From: Nemertoderma westbladi
Taxonomy: Eukaryota > Animalia > Xenacoelomorpha
DNA: 64,000 nt
Reading direction: 5' to 3'
NCBI GenBank assembly: GCA_032718475.1
Contig: JAUCBJ010006967.1
Coordinates: 41,570 to 105,569 of the forward strand
How positions within the stretch are numbered: position 1 is the stretch's first letter; the number at the start of each line of letters is the position of its first letter. A program made the translations under genes and the position numbers. Below are positions 35,064 to 46,520 of this stretch, in pieces. The notes beneath the pieces are model-generated. The model ran no database searches and was not told where the DNA came from. It saw only the letters and a list, made by a program, of their open reading frames with translations.

Positions 35064-38000
35064 CCGCTCCCAGAAAATGGGATTTAAGTCTATAAAATAT
35101 ACAAAATCACAGTTTCTAAAATATAAAAATACTCTAAACAGTTAGTCTTTCTTGCGCGGACGGCGTTTACGCAGTTTCTTAAGGCTAGCAAGAGTCCTTT
35201 TCTCTTTGGGGGAAGCCACTTTACTAGGAGGGTCATAACTCCTGGGTGAAGGGTGCAATATGATTGCATTAAAAGGTTTGGGTTTACGGTCGGTGTCTCG
35301 TCCATTTCGATATGCTTCTCCTCGAGCTGATTTTCCTCCGCTTGTCATGGGATACGTTCGTCCAAAACTCTCGCAGAGAATAGGGTTTTCTAAGCTTGAT
35401 ATCTTCTTTGAGATTCGAGGTTTCCCAATCGAACTGAGATAAGGCCAATTTGTTTATCGATTGGACTTACTGTTGTAACTTACGTTTATCTGAACAAACG
35501 CAGGTTTCTTTTTGATCTTTATAGAATAGCGTTTAACTCGTTTCGTACAACGCCCTCCTTCACTTTGATGAAGGGTTGTATCGCGTTAAACGGGACGACC
35601 ATACGGTTGGATAATGATATTAGGTGTCTGCGTCATAATCCAGCTAGGTAAGATGGGCGGCTAGCGAGAAATCACTGTCGGAGTGTTACTGATTAATTGT
35701 TAGGGTAGCACTAGATCTTGAACAGTGAATACCGTCCGCGAGGATCCGCGACACCACCAGGATCGCAGGTCTGAGGTCCAACTAAGGAATGAAGAGGTTT
35801 GACCGAGTATTCCGGGACTCTGATCGTAGGTTTACTCCAGGATCGTTCGAGCCGAGTGAGCATAGGTGATACGTCAACAAGTTTCGGTTTACGTGGATGT
35901 TTATGTCTTTCCGTTGATTAGTTGGGTCTAGGGCATTTATCGTAATAATACCAAAGACGCACGTCTGGTAGGGGAAACGCGGGTGATATTTATTTGTTGT
36001 TACAATGCTTCTATCAAGAATTCCAAATATACGTTGGAGTTACCGCGTTTATTTGTTTCTTTAGTGTCTTTTCTTTCGAGTCGATTTCGAATAGAATTTT
36101 CGCATTCGAATTTCAGTTTATGGTTCCGACTCCGCTGGGCAGGATATATAGTCGACATAGTCCGTATTGTGTAAATCGATAGGATGACCAGTGGTTAAGA
36201 AGACCATATACGTACCATTACGCTGCGTATATCGAGCAGCGAATTTTCTATAGTCCAACTCGCGCGCGAGCTGCTCTTGGGACATTGGCGGTTCGATATA
36301 ACGACCATCGTCCTCCGCAGCAGTTGGACTAACGTCGCCGCGTATTAAGCTATCAACAAACGCTTGCAAAAGTAGAGTATATCGCTCCCCGATACCAAGA
36401 ACATCTTCCATCAACTCCGTCATGTCTGCTATATATGAGTTTATCCACATTATAAGGAGTTTATATTCAGGCTAGCGAGCGTCGCTGCCTACTCCAATTA
36501 ACCCCCGGACAGTACGAGATCCTCAGCGCCGATGTGTCGTCGCCGCTGTACTTTCGCCAACGACGTAGCCGCACAACGACAACGACAACCGACACAAGTC
36601 ACTCGACTGTCCGTCCCAAAGTCTTAGATGTACTTCAGGTTTTCCTTGGAGAGTTAGGTTACTTTACGATTGCGACTGGCTACTGTAAACACACCTTAGT
36701 AGTAACATTCGCCTATAAACTCACAAGTACCACACACACAACTTGTCACAAATTACACACACTCGGGTCACTTGTCCGTTAGTCAATGCCTTCCAGAATG
36801 TCACTGTATTATTATGTATCCTTGGATACTATCAGTGCACTATTTATTCCCTATGCTATTCAATGGGACAAGCTTTCTATTGTTCGTTTAACTCAATTCT
36901 AATTCTAGCGTGGTTGTTGCTATGGTGACATTATGCAAAGCTAGCGGTAGAATTAGGGTGATTCCAATGCATACAGATCTGGGATGTTATTTAATAGTAA
37001 TTCTTTAATAGTCAATGTCCTGTTTATACATGACTTTACGAATTTTATAGGCTATTAACTATGTTGGGGAGACTTTCGTACACGCATACGCATAATAATA
37101 TAAATCTCCGCTCCCTTGATCTATTAATTAATGGAATTTTGGGAATGTTATAAATTGCGTAAAATGGCAATTTATTAAATTCATTAAAAGACATGAATTT
37201 AAATTTATTCCCTGAAATTTTATTATTTGATAATTAAATGGACATATTTTGATTCTAGAACATGTCTAGGGACACAAGATCCTTAATTCTATGACAATTG
37301 TCTTTTTTAAGAATATCGGTAAATGCTACGATATCTTAATTGACTAGAATTGTTGAAGGATCTGAATTTTACAGATTTTGATTTATTAGATTTGCAAATA
37401 TTAAATAATTAATATTTGAGATGGGCACCGATTTATTCCAGAACTTGTCTGGGGACGTTAACCACTGATTCTAGAATTTGTCTTTCAAGTATATCGGTGG
37501 GTGCCGCGATATCTTAATCGACTAGAATTACAGATGGTCAAAGGGTTTAACAGATTTATTTTGCGTTATACGCTACTGTTAAAGGGACATCACGCTACTA
37601 TATGTATTATTTAATATACGGTATGAGAGCAATATCGCACGAAGCAATGTCAGTGTGAAGAGGCAAGTCGTTTCCAAGGTCTACCCAGAGCTTGGTTTAG
37701 CCGAGACACGAGGATCTGAACTTTGCATTCCTAATACTCTGCCTACCAATAATACTTGAATATAGTAGTGGCTTTATTGTACTTTAATAAGTACGGACAT
37801 TTCATCTTACTGTAGTTACGTATTTGTAATGTAATACGGACAGTAAGGAAGAAGGAAAAGAATTATTTCTTGCCGTCGCATTAAATATAATATATACGTA
37901 ATTAAGTAATAAACGCGAATATATATTGCACTAATCTACTAAATAATCGCTAAAATAACATTCTACTGAATAAACTTAAAGAAAACGATTATAATAGAAT

Positions 38001-38079
38001 TACATAGTAATACATACATAAATATAAAAATAATAAAATAATATAAAATAATAGAGTCACACACCCACTCCATATGTTG

Positions 38080-41000
38080 TTACGTTATGGAGTCCCTAGA
38101 TGTTTGAAGGATTAGGGAGGTGGTCGTGGGAAGAGAATCTTGCCTTCCACAGTTTCCGGAGAGTCCTCCATTCCCTTCCGATAAACACAAACGACCGACT
38201 GGGTGATTGAGTCGCTGCATCCTGAATACAATTCCAGGTTTCCTCTTCGTCCTGGAATAGTGACGATAGAAACATCGCTCAAAGTATATGACGGCGTCAC
38301 AAAGCCGATTCCAGGAGCTATAGTGGTCCGTCGCTCTCTGCAGGAGAGGTGAGAGTCCCTGCGAGACATCTGATGTTCCAGAGCTCCAATCGCTCTCTCT
38401 GATCTTCATGAAGGATCCACTCGCGGTGGGGAGGTTCAGATCCACGGCGTCGTCCCTGGCAACATGTAATACCGACAGATCTATCCCGGGTTCAAATAAC
38501 TCCGATCCACCCGTCCGGGTTTCAGGTTCGACTTTCTCCGCTCCCTTGGCTGGTCTAATCTCAGTCGGAGTAAGATGGGGAGGCCATTCATTCTCCTTAC
38601 TCAGGAAGTCGGGTTCACCTAACCGGTCTATAGTATCTGTCAGTTCTTGAGGAGTTGCTCCTCTGGAAGCGATGTCTGTTGGATTAAACTTCTTGGGGCA
38701 ATATCTCCATTGATCTACATTGGAGCTAAGATTGTCATTATCTGAGGAGTGTGGTGTTCCCTCAGTTGGGTCGTCTCCCTCACTAGTATCATCTTCCCAT
38801 TCACTCACCTGGCAGACGCGATCTTGAAGCAGTCTTTCCCTGAGCGTTCTACGGGAAGGTCCAGTAAGGTACCAACCTACTCTAGTTCTTACCGCATAGG
38901 TCTGTAGGGGCTGCGGTTGAGCAGGCCGTTTCTCTAATGTCTCCAGCGCCTCATGCGCGTTTTGGCCGATGAGTATTTGCACTCCAGGATAATCAGTCTG
39001 GAATCGAGGTATGTTAAGATGTTGGATGCTCTCATCCTCGTCCCAATTATAAAGGTCTGCTTGAGTAGTAGCGAAGTTCTTTATAGCCACCATTTTCACT
39101 GACCTTATGCTATGTTCTCCTAGTTCGTCTTGTGGGGTGGACAACGCGCCTACATAATAATCAGCTGTTATTGTAGATTTCCAAACTTGCATAATGCCTG
39201 ACATGTTGAGCTTAGTTTGGAACTTGGGTTGTCCAGCAAATATATCTTCGGCTAGCTCTTTATCGATGAATGTTCCTGTGCTGCCGGAGTCCAGGAGGGC
39301 GTTCACTACATAACTCCGTTTAGGTCCGTGCACCCTTACCTGCACCACAGGAAACTCTCGGATTCCTATATTGGAAGTTGGCGCTTTCCAAGATGGTTGT
39401 TGATCGGAAGTAGTTAAGGTAAGGTCGCTGTCTGTGTTTTTCTCATGTACGAGTGCTCGATACACTGCGGTGGTGTTTATTAGGTAACAGGATTCGTTTT
39501 GGTCGGAGAACTCGTCCGTATAGAATCCTTCCATCTCAGATTGATCAGTGTCGTTCACATCACTGAATTGGACATGTAGTTCGGACTCACTTACCTGACT
39601 CGGGCTGTTTCGTTCGAATTCCGTGTGCAACAAGATATGATGTTTTGCGCCGCACTTTGCACACCTTGCGTCGGAGTTACAGGTTCGCCGTTGGTGTCCT
39701 CGTCTGAGGCAATTATAACACAACCGCTTATCCCACATGACTTCACGTCTATCCTCGAGTGATTTCCTCAGGAATTTATCACACGCATTTAAACGGTGGG
39801 GCCCGTCGCACAGCACACATTTCGGCTTGATGTTACTTACTTTAACCTGTGCTATGTGGTGCACACTTGTTCTTTCCTCGGGCTTTCTCACCTGAATTCC
39901 TTTAGGAGACGTAGGAGGGGTTTTTTGTATCGGTTCCCTTCTGTCATTGGGTCGAGACTTGGATTTACTTACCTGTTCTTTAGGCATTTTATTGACATAA
40001 TAAGGTCTGTCAGTGTCTTTCCCGCTGTCCTCTCCTTGAGAGGTTTGGCTTTCACCGTCGTCGGTATAACATACTGGTGTTACCCTTCTCCTAGAAACGG
40101 GTTTCTCACTTACCTTGTTTTCCAATGTCTTCTCTCTGGACTGCCTTAGGAGCTGTAATTTCACTTCTCTATCTAAGAATGACATGAGATCAGTCATGGT
40201 AGGGTCTCGTCGTTGTTGTTCCATCATATATAACACCTTCTTATCCCAGCGTGTGCCTACTCCACCTTTAGGTAAAGTAGAAGCCACTGCTCTAATAACC
40301 ATAGTGTTCTGATACTCATGAGACTTACCTAGCCAGTCTAATTGTCTGCAGATCTCCTGGATCTCATCGGAAAACTCGATAATTCCGCTACTAATAAACT
40401 TTCGGGGCGCTACTAACTTGGCATACAAGTACCCAGCGATATTATTCCTATTACCATACCTGATGTTTAGTGTATCCCAAACTTGTCTTAATCCGTCTGG
40501 ATGTCCAATAAACTTTAACGCCATTAACTTGGGAGATCCTTCCAAGCACTCGATGAGGTATCTAAGTTTTTCTCCATTAGATAGTACAGAGTTCTGTATG
40601 TTATCTTTGTAATATTCATTAAAAGGTAACCATTTCATCTCATCTCCATTGAACTTGACGATCTCTCCAACCTTTACCGCTTGCCGGGCTTCGGTTCTAG
40701 CCATTTGACGCGTAAAACTTTCTTGGGCCATCGTGCTATTTAATATCGAGTTATCGGTATATAAATTTCTCGGATTATGATCAGTTCTATAGGGAATATC
40801 ATTATCAACAGGTCTATAATTACCCTTAATAGGGTTCACTATAGGAGTTTCTACTTCGCTAGCAGTATAGATGCGTGTAGGCTCCACACCTTCCGCATGA
40901 GATACTTCAGACCTAACGGGTTGACACATTGTTACAGAGGTTGGTGGTATACCCTTTTTTAAGTTTACTAATTTATCGCGTTCTAACGCGATACTTTGCT

Positions 41001-42521
41001 GCACTTCTTGCAACTCTAACCTGCTTTCCCTCACCGTTCCTTTTAAATTTTGGACAGTCCCTTCCAACTCTCGGACCTGTTGGGAGGAGCGTATCCGATT
41101 CTCCTTCATCTCTCCGAGGAGAATATCCATCCCCCGCCGTCTCTCGTCTACCCAATCAACCGCCGAAACGGGATCCGCCAACGTCGTAGCGGGCAGACAA
41201 GGGACAACGGGCGACAAATTCGGAATATTTCGCTCGGGGTCCAGGACCTGAACTTTCTCTCGGGCAGTTCTACGGGGCACAGGTAGCTTAGTGCTATGTA
41301 GAGGGAATTTATAGGTAGCTTCAGGGAGCACAGGTGTATCTATTACCGTAGGGGTGATTTCAAGAACAGGCCTACTTATTTCAGGCTCATCTACTATAGT
41401 AGGGAGTCTTTCTATTTTAATTATTTGGTCTGTGGGCTCTGTACTACCTAAGTTGGTGTTATTTAGCTGCCTTCTAACAGCTGGAGGCAAATCAGGCAAT
41501 TTCTGACGGTGGAATGTTCTTTTACGTCTACTTAGACGAGATCTATTTCCCTTGCCTTCAGTATCGGTGGTATCGCCTTCCTCAGATGATGTATATCCCT
41601 GTCTTTTGGGAGTAGATCGATTCATCATCTGCATATTACTAGCTGCTAACTGTTTATTTATGCAGTCTTGATTCTCCTGAATGTTTTCCAATTCTAATTG
41701 GGTGATTTCGTCAGCCGCTTTCCTTTCTGCTTCTGCCACTTTTGTCTCTGCCGCTGCCTCTGCCGCTGCCTCTGCCGCTGCCTCTGCCGCTTTTGCCTTG
41801 GCCGCTGCCGCCTTTCTTTCTGCTTCTGCAACTACTACTGCTGCTTTCTTTCTGTCTTCTATACGTTTTTTCTTTACTTGTTCTTCTTGGTCTCTAGCGA
41901 TGCGGAGTTGTTCATCGAATTTAGCTTGGTTCGCCGCTAACATTTCCGCATCGATGCGTCCAGCACAAGCTTGGTTCCTTCACTATTAGGGCTAAGCCCC
42001 TCCAGCCTTCTCCTCAACTCTTCATCTCCTACAAAGCGTTGATAGTCTGACAGATAGATGTCAATAGCATCCCTCTTATGCGGTTTCTCTGCTGTCACTT
42101 CGCTTTCTTCTTGAGAAGAAGTGGCGTCGGTTGATTCTCCATAGGTTGGCCGCTCATCATAAACCTTATCCACCATCTTCGCTCCGCGTTCGGGCGTCCG
42201 ATCATCAGTATCCGAACTACTGGAGCTATCGGGCCGCTGAAAACTAAGTTCTTGGCTCGCGGGTTGTTGCTGTTCCGCTGCTTCTTGGTCCCGCTTGACC
42301 TGAGCTCGAGTGCCTATGATAGACCTACGATGTTGGACCAGTCTAGGGTCTGAGATTACTACAGTAGGGATGGCCTTTCTTACAGCAGGAGGTGACTTAG
42401 ACTTGGATCTAGGATGTTCTATACTTGGATCTGGGTCACTGATCTTTTTAAGACACTTTCTGACAGTCATTCTAACACTATCTAGGAGACTATCCGACAG
42501 TGATTGGGTTGTGTCAGACAT
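38080..42521 (-). pseudogene. BEL/Pao gag-protease polyprotein with RNase H tail remnant and one frameshift near 41957
   Basis: KFNGD..KW..F...LSNGEKLRYL..CLEG capsid-like region. Three Cys/His knuckles CVLCDGPHRLNAC, CYNCLRRGHQRRTC, CAKCGAKHHILLH. Protease ALLDSGS. Then QWRYCPKKFNPTDIASRG...PDFL...WP. No YVDD RT core and no integrase. Confidence 0.9.
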
Positions 42522-43922
42522 GTTTGATTGTACAGTTGGATGCCTACTGCTATATTACAGTCTAAGCAAGTCTAGTAATTCAGTATTAACTGCTAGCCTA
42601 GTAATTAATTACCGATACTGCTACTCAGTGTAGCGTGATATATATATAATATATTAAAATACCGGTATGCTTATAGTATATATAAGTATTATTACAGACT
42701 AGGTTTATCTCAGAATACCGGTATAATTTTAACACAAATATATATAAATATATAATAGGCCTATCGGGAATACCGGTATACAGCTTACAGTTTGTAGTAT
42801 ATATAATTCTGGACTAGAATTAATTACAAGTACCGGTATAATTTCAGCCTAGATTTATAGAAATAAGATAATAGGCCTATCGTAAATACCGGTATATCAA
42901 TTATTTTAGAATAATTGAATTTCTGAACTTTAGGGTTACTTGGTTACTTTAACTTACTTTATTACCGTTATTTAAGCAGTAATCCAACTGATATTGAGAC
43001 CTAATGGTTTTATGGTATGCCTACTATTTATAAATCGTTGGATTTGATTTATAATATATATACCCGTTTTAATGGGTTTTGTCTATGTTTGAAATAAATG
43101 TTATTATTTCTGGGGAGTAATCACTACACAAAGCGGTGCGCTTTCAGTGAAGTGTTACGTATAGGACACTAAAACAAATAATTCTAATTTACCTAAGTTA
43201 CTTAATACTACAAATTACGTACAATTCGGGTGAGATTACAATCTCTAAATAAACACAAAAATTTACAAAAACACAAATACGAAATTTTTAGGGTAATTTT
43301 ACAAGAAGTCTACAAACCAGCCTAACAAAGGGTTAGAAAACTGGTTATTACAACGGACAGGGTACTACGGTATTTGAAATAATAAGTAGTAGTAAATACA
43401 CTGCGTTGTCCAGATAGGAAAATACCACCACCTGACGACCTATAGCCGTATCGCTATAGGTTCTACGTTATGTATCACGGAGTGTTCCTACCTAGAAGTT
43501 AATAGAGCTAATCGAATGTGCCTATCAACCACTTTACAACACAGATATAATGTCTACAATAATTACTTCGGAAAGTACTGTACACTAAACCCTAAATTAG
43601 GTACGAGTACTTGTATAACAGATAATCAGTAGTTAAATATACTTGAACAGCTAAAAGAACCACGGCATCTGCTGGAGTGACCGATGCACAAAATCACCAG
43701 TCTTGACCTACGCCGAGCAGCCCGTGTAGTACCGGGGTTAATTTAACTATAGCGGTATGTATAACAAACACAATTACTGTAGGAACAAACTTGGGGAATG
43801 AATGTTGCGGATAATCGCATAAACTCTGAATAATAAATATTACGCTACGCGTACAAACTACTCAAACAAAATACAGACCGAACACTGACAGACTACTATC
43901 AAGCCTAAACAAACTACGGTAT

Positions 43923-44333
43923 ATGCAGACTCCGAAATGATTAGGGAGTATGCGCTCTAACCCAGTAGTGCGACTTATTCTTTAGTTGGGGGATTACCTT
44001 ACAGCGTTCGCTGCCCCTACTGCCTAATCGTACTTAATCGGACAGATGATCTACACACGCGGCAATCCGTTCAGACCTAATAACAGCCAGACAACTATCC
44101 AGCCTACAAATTATCTAAATAAAATTATACGCTACCCGTACAGACTTACACAAACAAAGTACAGACTAAACGATGGCAGACCACTCTCAAGCCTAAATAA
44201 ACCACAGGACATGCAGACTCCGAAATGATTAGGGAGTATGCGCTCTAACCCAGTAGTGCGACTTATTCTTTAGTTGGGGGATTACCTTACAGCGTTCGCT
44301 GCCCCTACTGCCTAATCGTACTTAATCGGACAG
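43923..44333 (-). repeat. 288-bp-period duplication with identical 123-bp cores in the 5' leader
   Basis: 43923-44045 is identical to 44211-44333, with visibly more diverged flanks. Confidence 0.9.
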
Positions 44334-44672
44334 GTGATCTACACACACTGCAATTCGTTCGGACTTAACAGCAATCAGACAACAGCTCAGCCTACAAATC
44401 GTCTGTACTATCTGATCAGGCTTACACGCCTTCTGTTCAATACTGGCCTACAAACAAATAAAACTTGACAGAAATAAGTAAAATCTCAATAAAAAACCAG
44501 GGCGGGCCCTCACTGATTAATTATTAAGGCCTACCGGTATATAATTATCAAAATCGAATAATACTGCTGTACCTGTACTGCTGTAGGTACCGGTCCGGGT
44601 GGTTAGGTAGTCAGGCCTACTGGGTACCGGTTGCCGGTACTTCAGCTTTATTGCCTACTGCAATACAGAAGC

Positions 44673-44684
44673 TATATCCTTTAA
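44673..44684 (-). promoter_or_regulatory. Non-tRNA primer-binding-site position TTAAAGGATATA
   Basis: Abuts the 5' LTR, lacks TGG, and is the exact reverse complement of the minus-strand LTR sequence at 45448-45459. Confidence 0.6.
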
Positions 44685-45900
44685 AGTTCGCGCTTTCAGA
44701 CCTTTGGCAGTTTAACCCGCCAAATTAAGATGTCTTCTAGATATTAAATCGCTTTTTAGCCTATGACAAGTATTTGATTCACTACACTAGTCGAAACCAA
44801 TCCGTGCGCGACCATTCACCCGCTGGATATTCCCGGGAGATTGGGTTCGACGGTTTAATTTTGTTGCTATGTAAGCCTAATGTATTATTCGACTGACAGT
44901 ATTATATAATCTCTGACAATATTATTTACCTTCGGGAATATTAACAGTTCCTTTAGGACGTGGCGTTTTATCTACATAAACAGAGTTATGACTTAAACTA
45001 CTCACAACGATATGGCTTAATTATAATTCACATATATGGCGCATTCTTTAGGAATGCTTCTTTAACAGACTCACTCATACACAATGCTGCACAATACAGC
45101 ACACTAATCTGCCGATCTTCACTGATTTTAGTCACATATAAAAGGAACACAGACTGACTCATGTAGGGTCTATCAAATAACATTAGATTCACTTCAAACC
45201 ACTTTAACATAAGTCACAATCGTTTATCTGTAACCTTTCTCTCTTACCTTCGGTATATCAAGAATATTGGGTTTCGGGGTTATTTCTCGTTATTCCAAAT
45301 ATAATAATTCATCAACCATATTATGAAGAACTGACAGTAAATAGCAGTATAACAATATAAAAGTATGCACAGTATTACACAGTATGCAGTGTATGCAGTA
45401 CTGCAGTATGCAGTGATTACGAAATTGCAGAGTGTTTGTTTCGTCAGTTAAAGGATATATGTCCTTGTAATTAAACCTACTAGTGTTGAGCTAAAAAGCA
45501 TAAAACATAAAACACTAAAAGCCGTTCTTTCGTGGCTTTGAAAAACTCGTGACTACTGCTCTATACGAGTATACCAACCACTCTTATTCCACGAAGCTCC
45601 CGTTCAACACAGAGAAAGAGCAGTGAGATAGGAAATTTTCAGTTCAGTACTCTGTGATTGGTCAAAATCAAGGCTAACTCAAAATTCTATTGGGAGATAC
45701 AAAAACAAGGCTATGACGCAACCTCCCTAGGCTTGTTGGCCGATTAAACAGAGCCCAGATGCCTGCGTACAGCAAATCAGCCAATAAGCTGGTAACTTGC
45801 ACTATTTTTAGCTGTAGATCACTTTGAGAGTATTCTTAGCGACTGGGGGGGAACTGGCCAACAAGGCAAACGAATCAGTTATCCCACAAAAGCTTTTACA
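44685..45900 (-). repeat. 5' LTR
   Basis: Direct repeat of 33848-35063. CCAAT boxes on the minus strand near 45660 and 45690. Inner end reads ...CGAACT rather than ...CGAACA. Confidence 0.95.
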
Positions 45901-46169
45901 GGCATTATTTGATCCATTAAAATAGTTTACGAAATTAAACAATTAATTCTAGATACAACCCTAATAATATTTTGATGCAGATAGAGTGAGAAGGTGCAGT
46001 AGGTGCGGCTGTCACACTAAAGGACACCCATTGCCGCTTGGAGAAAAGTGTGTTCAGGTGGTAAACAAATCGGAATTGGATAAGCGGCGGGTAAATAATG
46101 GTGATGCAAAGAAACGGTATCAAACTGCTGACAGACAAAGAAAAAAACAGAGTGATGCAGTTACTGCTA

Positions 46170-46520
46170 GAAACAGAAGCGCGAAACCTTCTGCAATGGC
46201 TGCTGTCAGAGTGAGAAATGCAAAACCTTCAGCAAAGGCTGCTGCTAGAGAGAGGAATGCAGAACCTTCAGCAAAGGCTGCTGTTAGAGAGAGGAATGCA
46301 GAACCTTCAGCAAAGGCTGCTGTTAGAGAGAGGAATGCAGAACCTTCTGCAATGGCTGCTGCCAGAGTGAGAAATGCAAAACCTTCAGCAAAGGCTGCTG
46401 CTAGAGAGAGGAATGCAGAACCTTCAGCAAAGGCTGCTGCTAGAGAGAGGAATGCAGAACCTTCTGCAATGGCTGCTTCTAGAGCGAGGAATCAGCAACC
46501 AGCTGCATTGGCTGCTGCTA
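46170..46520 (+). repeat. 39-bp coding tandem repeat (RNAEPSAKAAARE) in the Helitron N-terminus
   Basis: About 8-9 in-frame copies. Confidence 0.9.

Larger units (their letters stand above)
33848..45900 (-). mobile_element. BEL/Pao LTR retrotransposon, non-autonomous (gag-protease only)
   Basis: Two 1216-bp LTRs with TG...CA outer ends, 5-bp TSD GGCAT (33843-33847 and 45901-45905), and PPT-like GGGAGCGG on the minus strand just before the 3' LTR. Confidence 0.95.

Noticed and set aside
35300-35390. SLREFWTNV...ISKW resembling a BEL integrase C-terminal motif
   Set aside because: Similarity is too weak to call an integrase remnant.
44680-45447. Hammerhead-like CUGACGA directly after the PBS-complementary motif, with GAAA near the LTR end
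   Set aside because: Stem II cannot be formed convincingly, the cleavage-site register is off by one nucleotide, and ACGAAA pairs locally with UUUCGU. Not supportable without covariation data.
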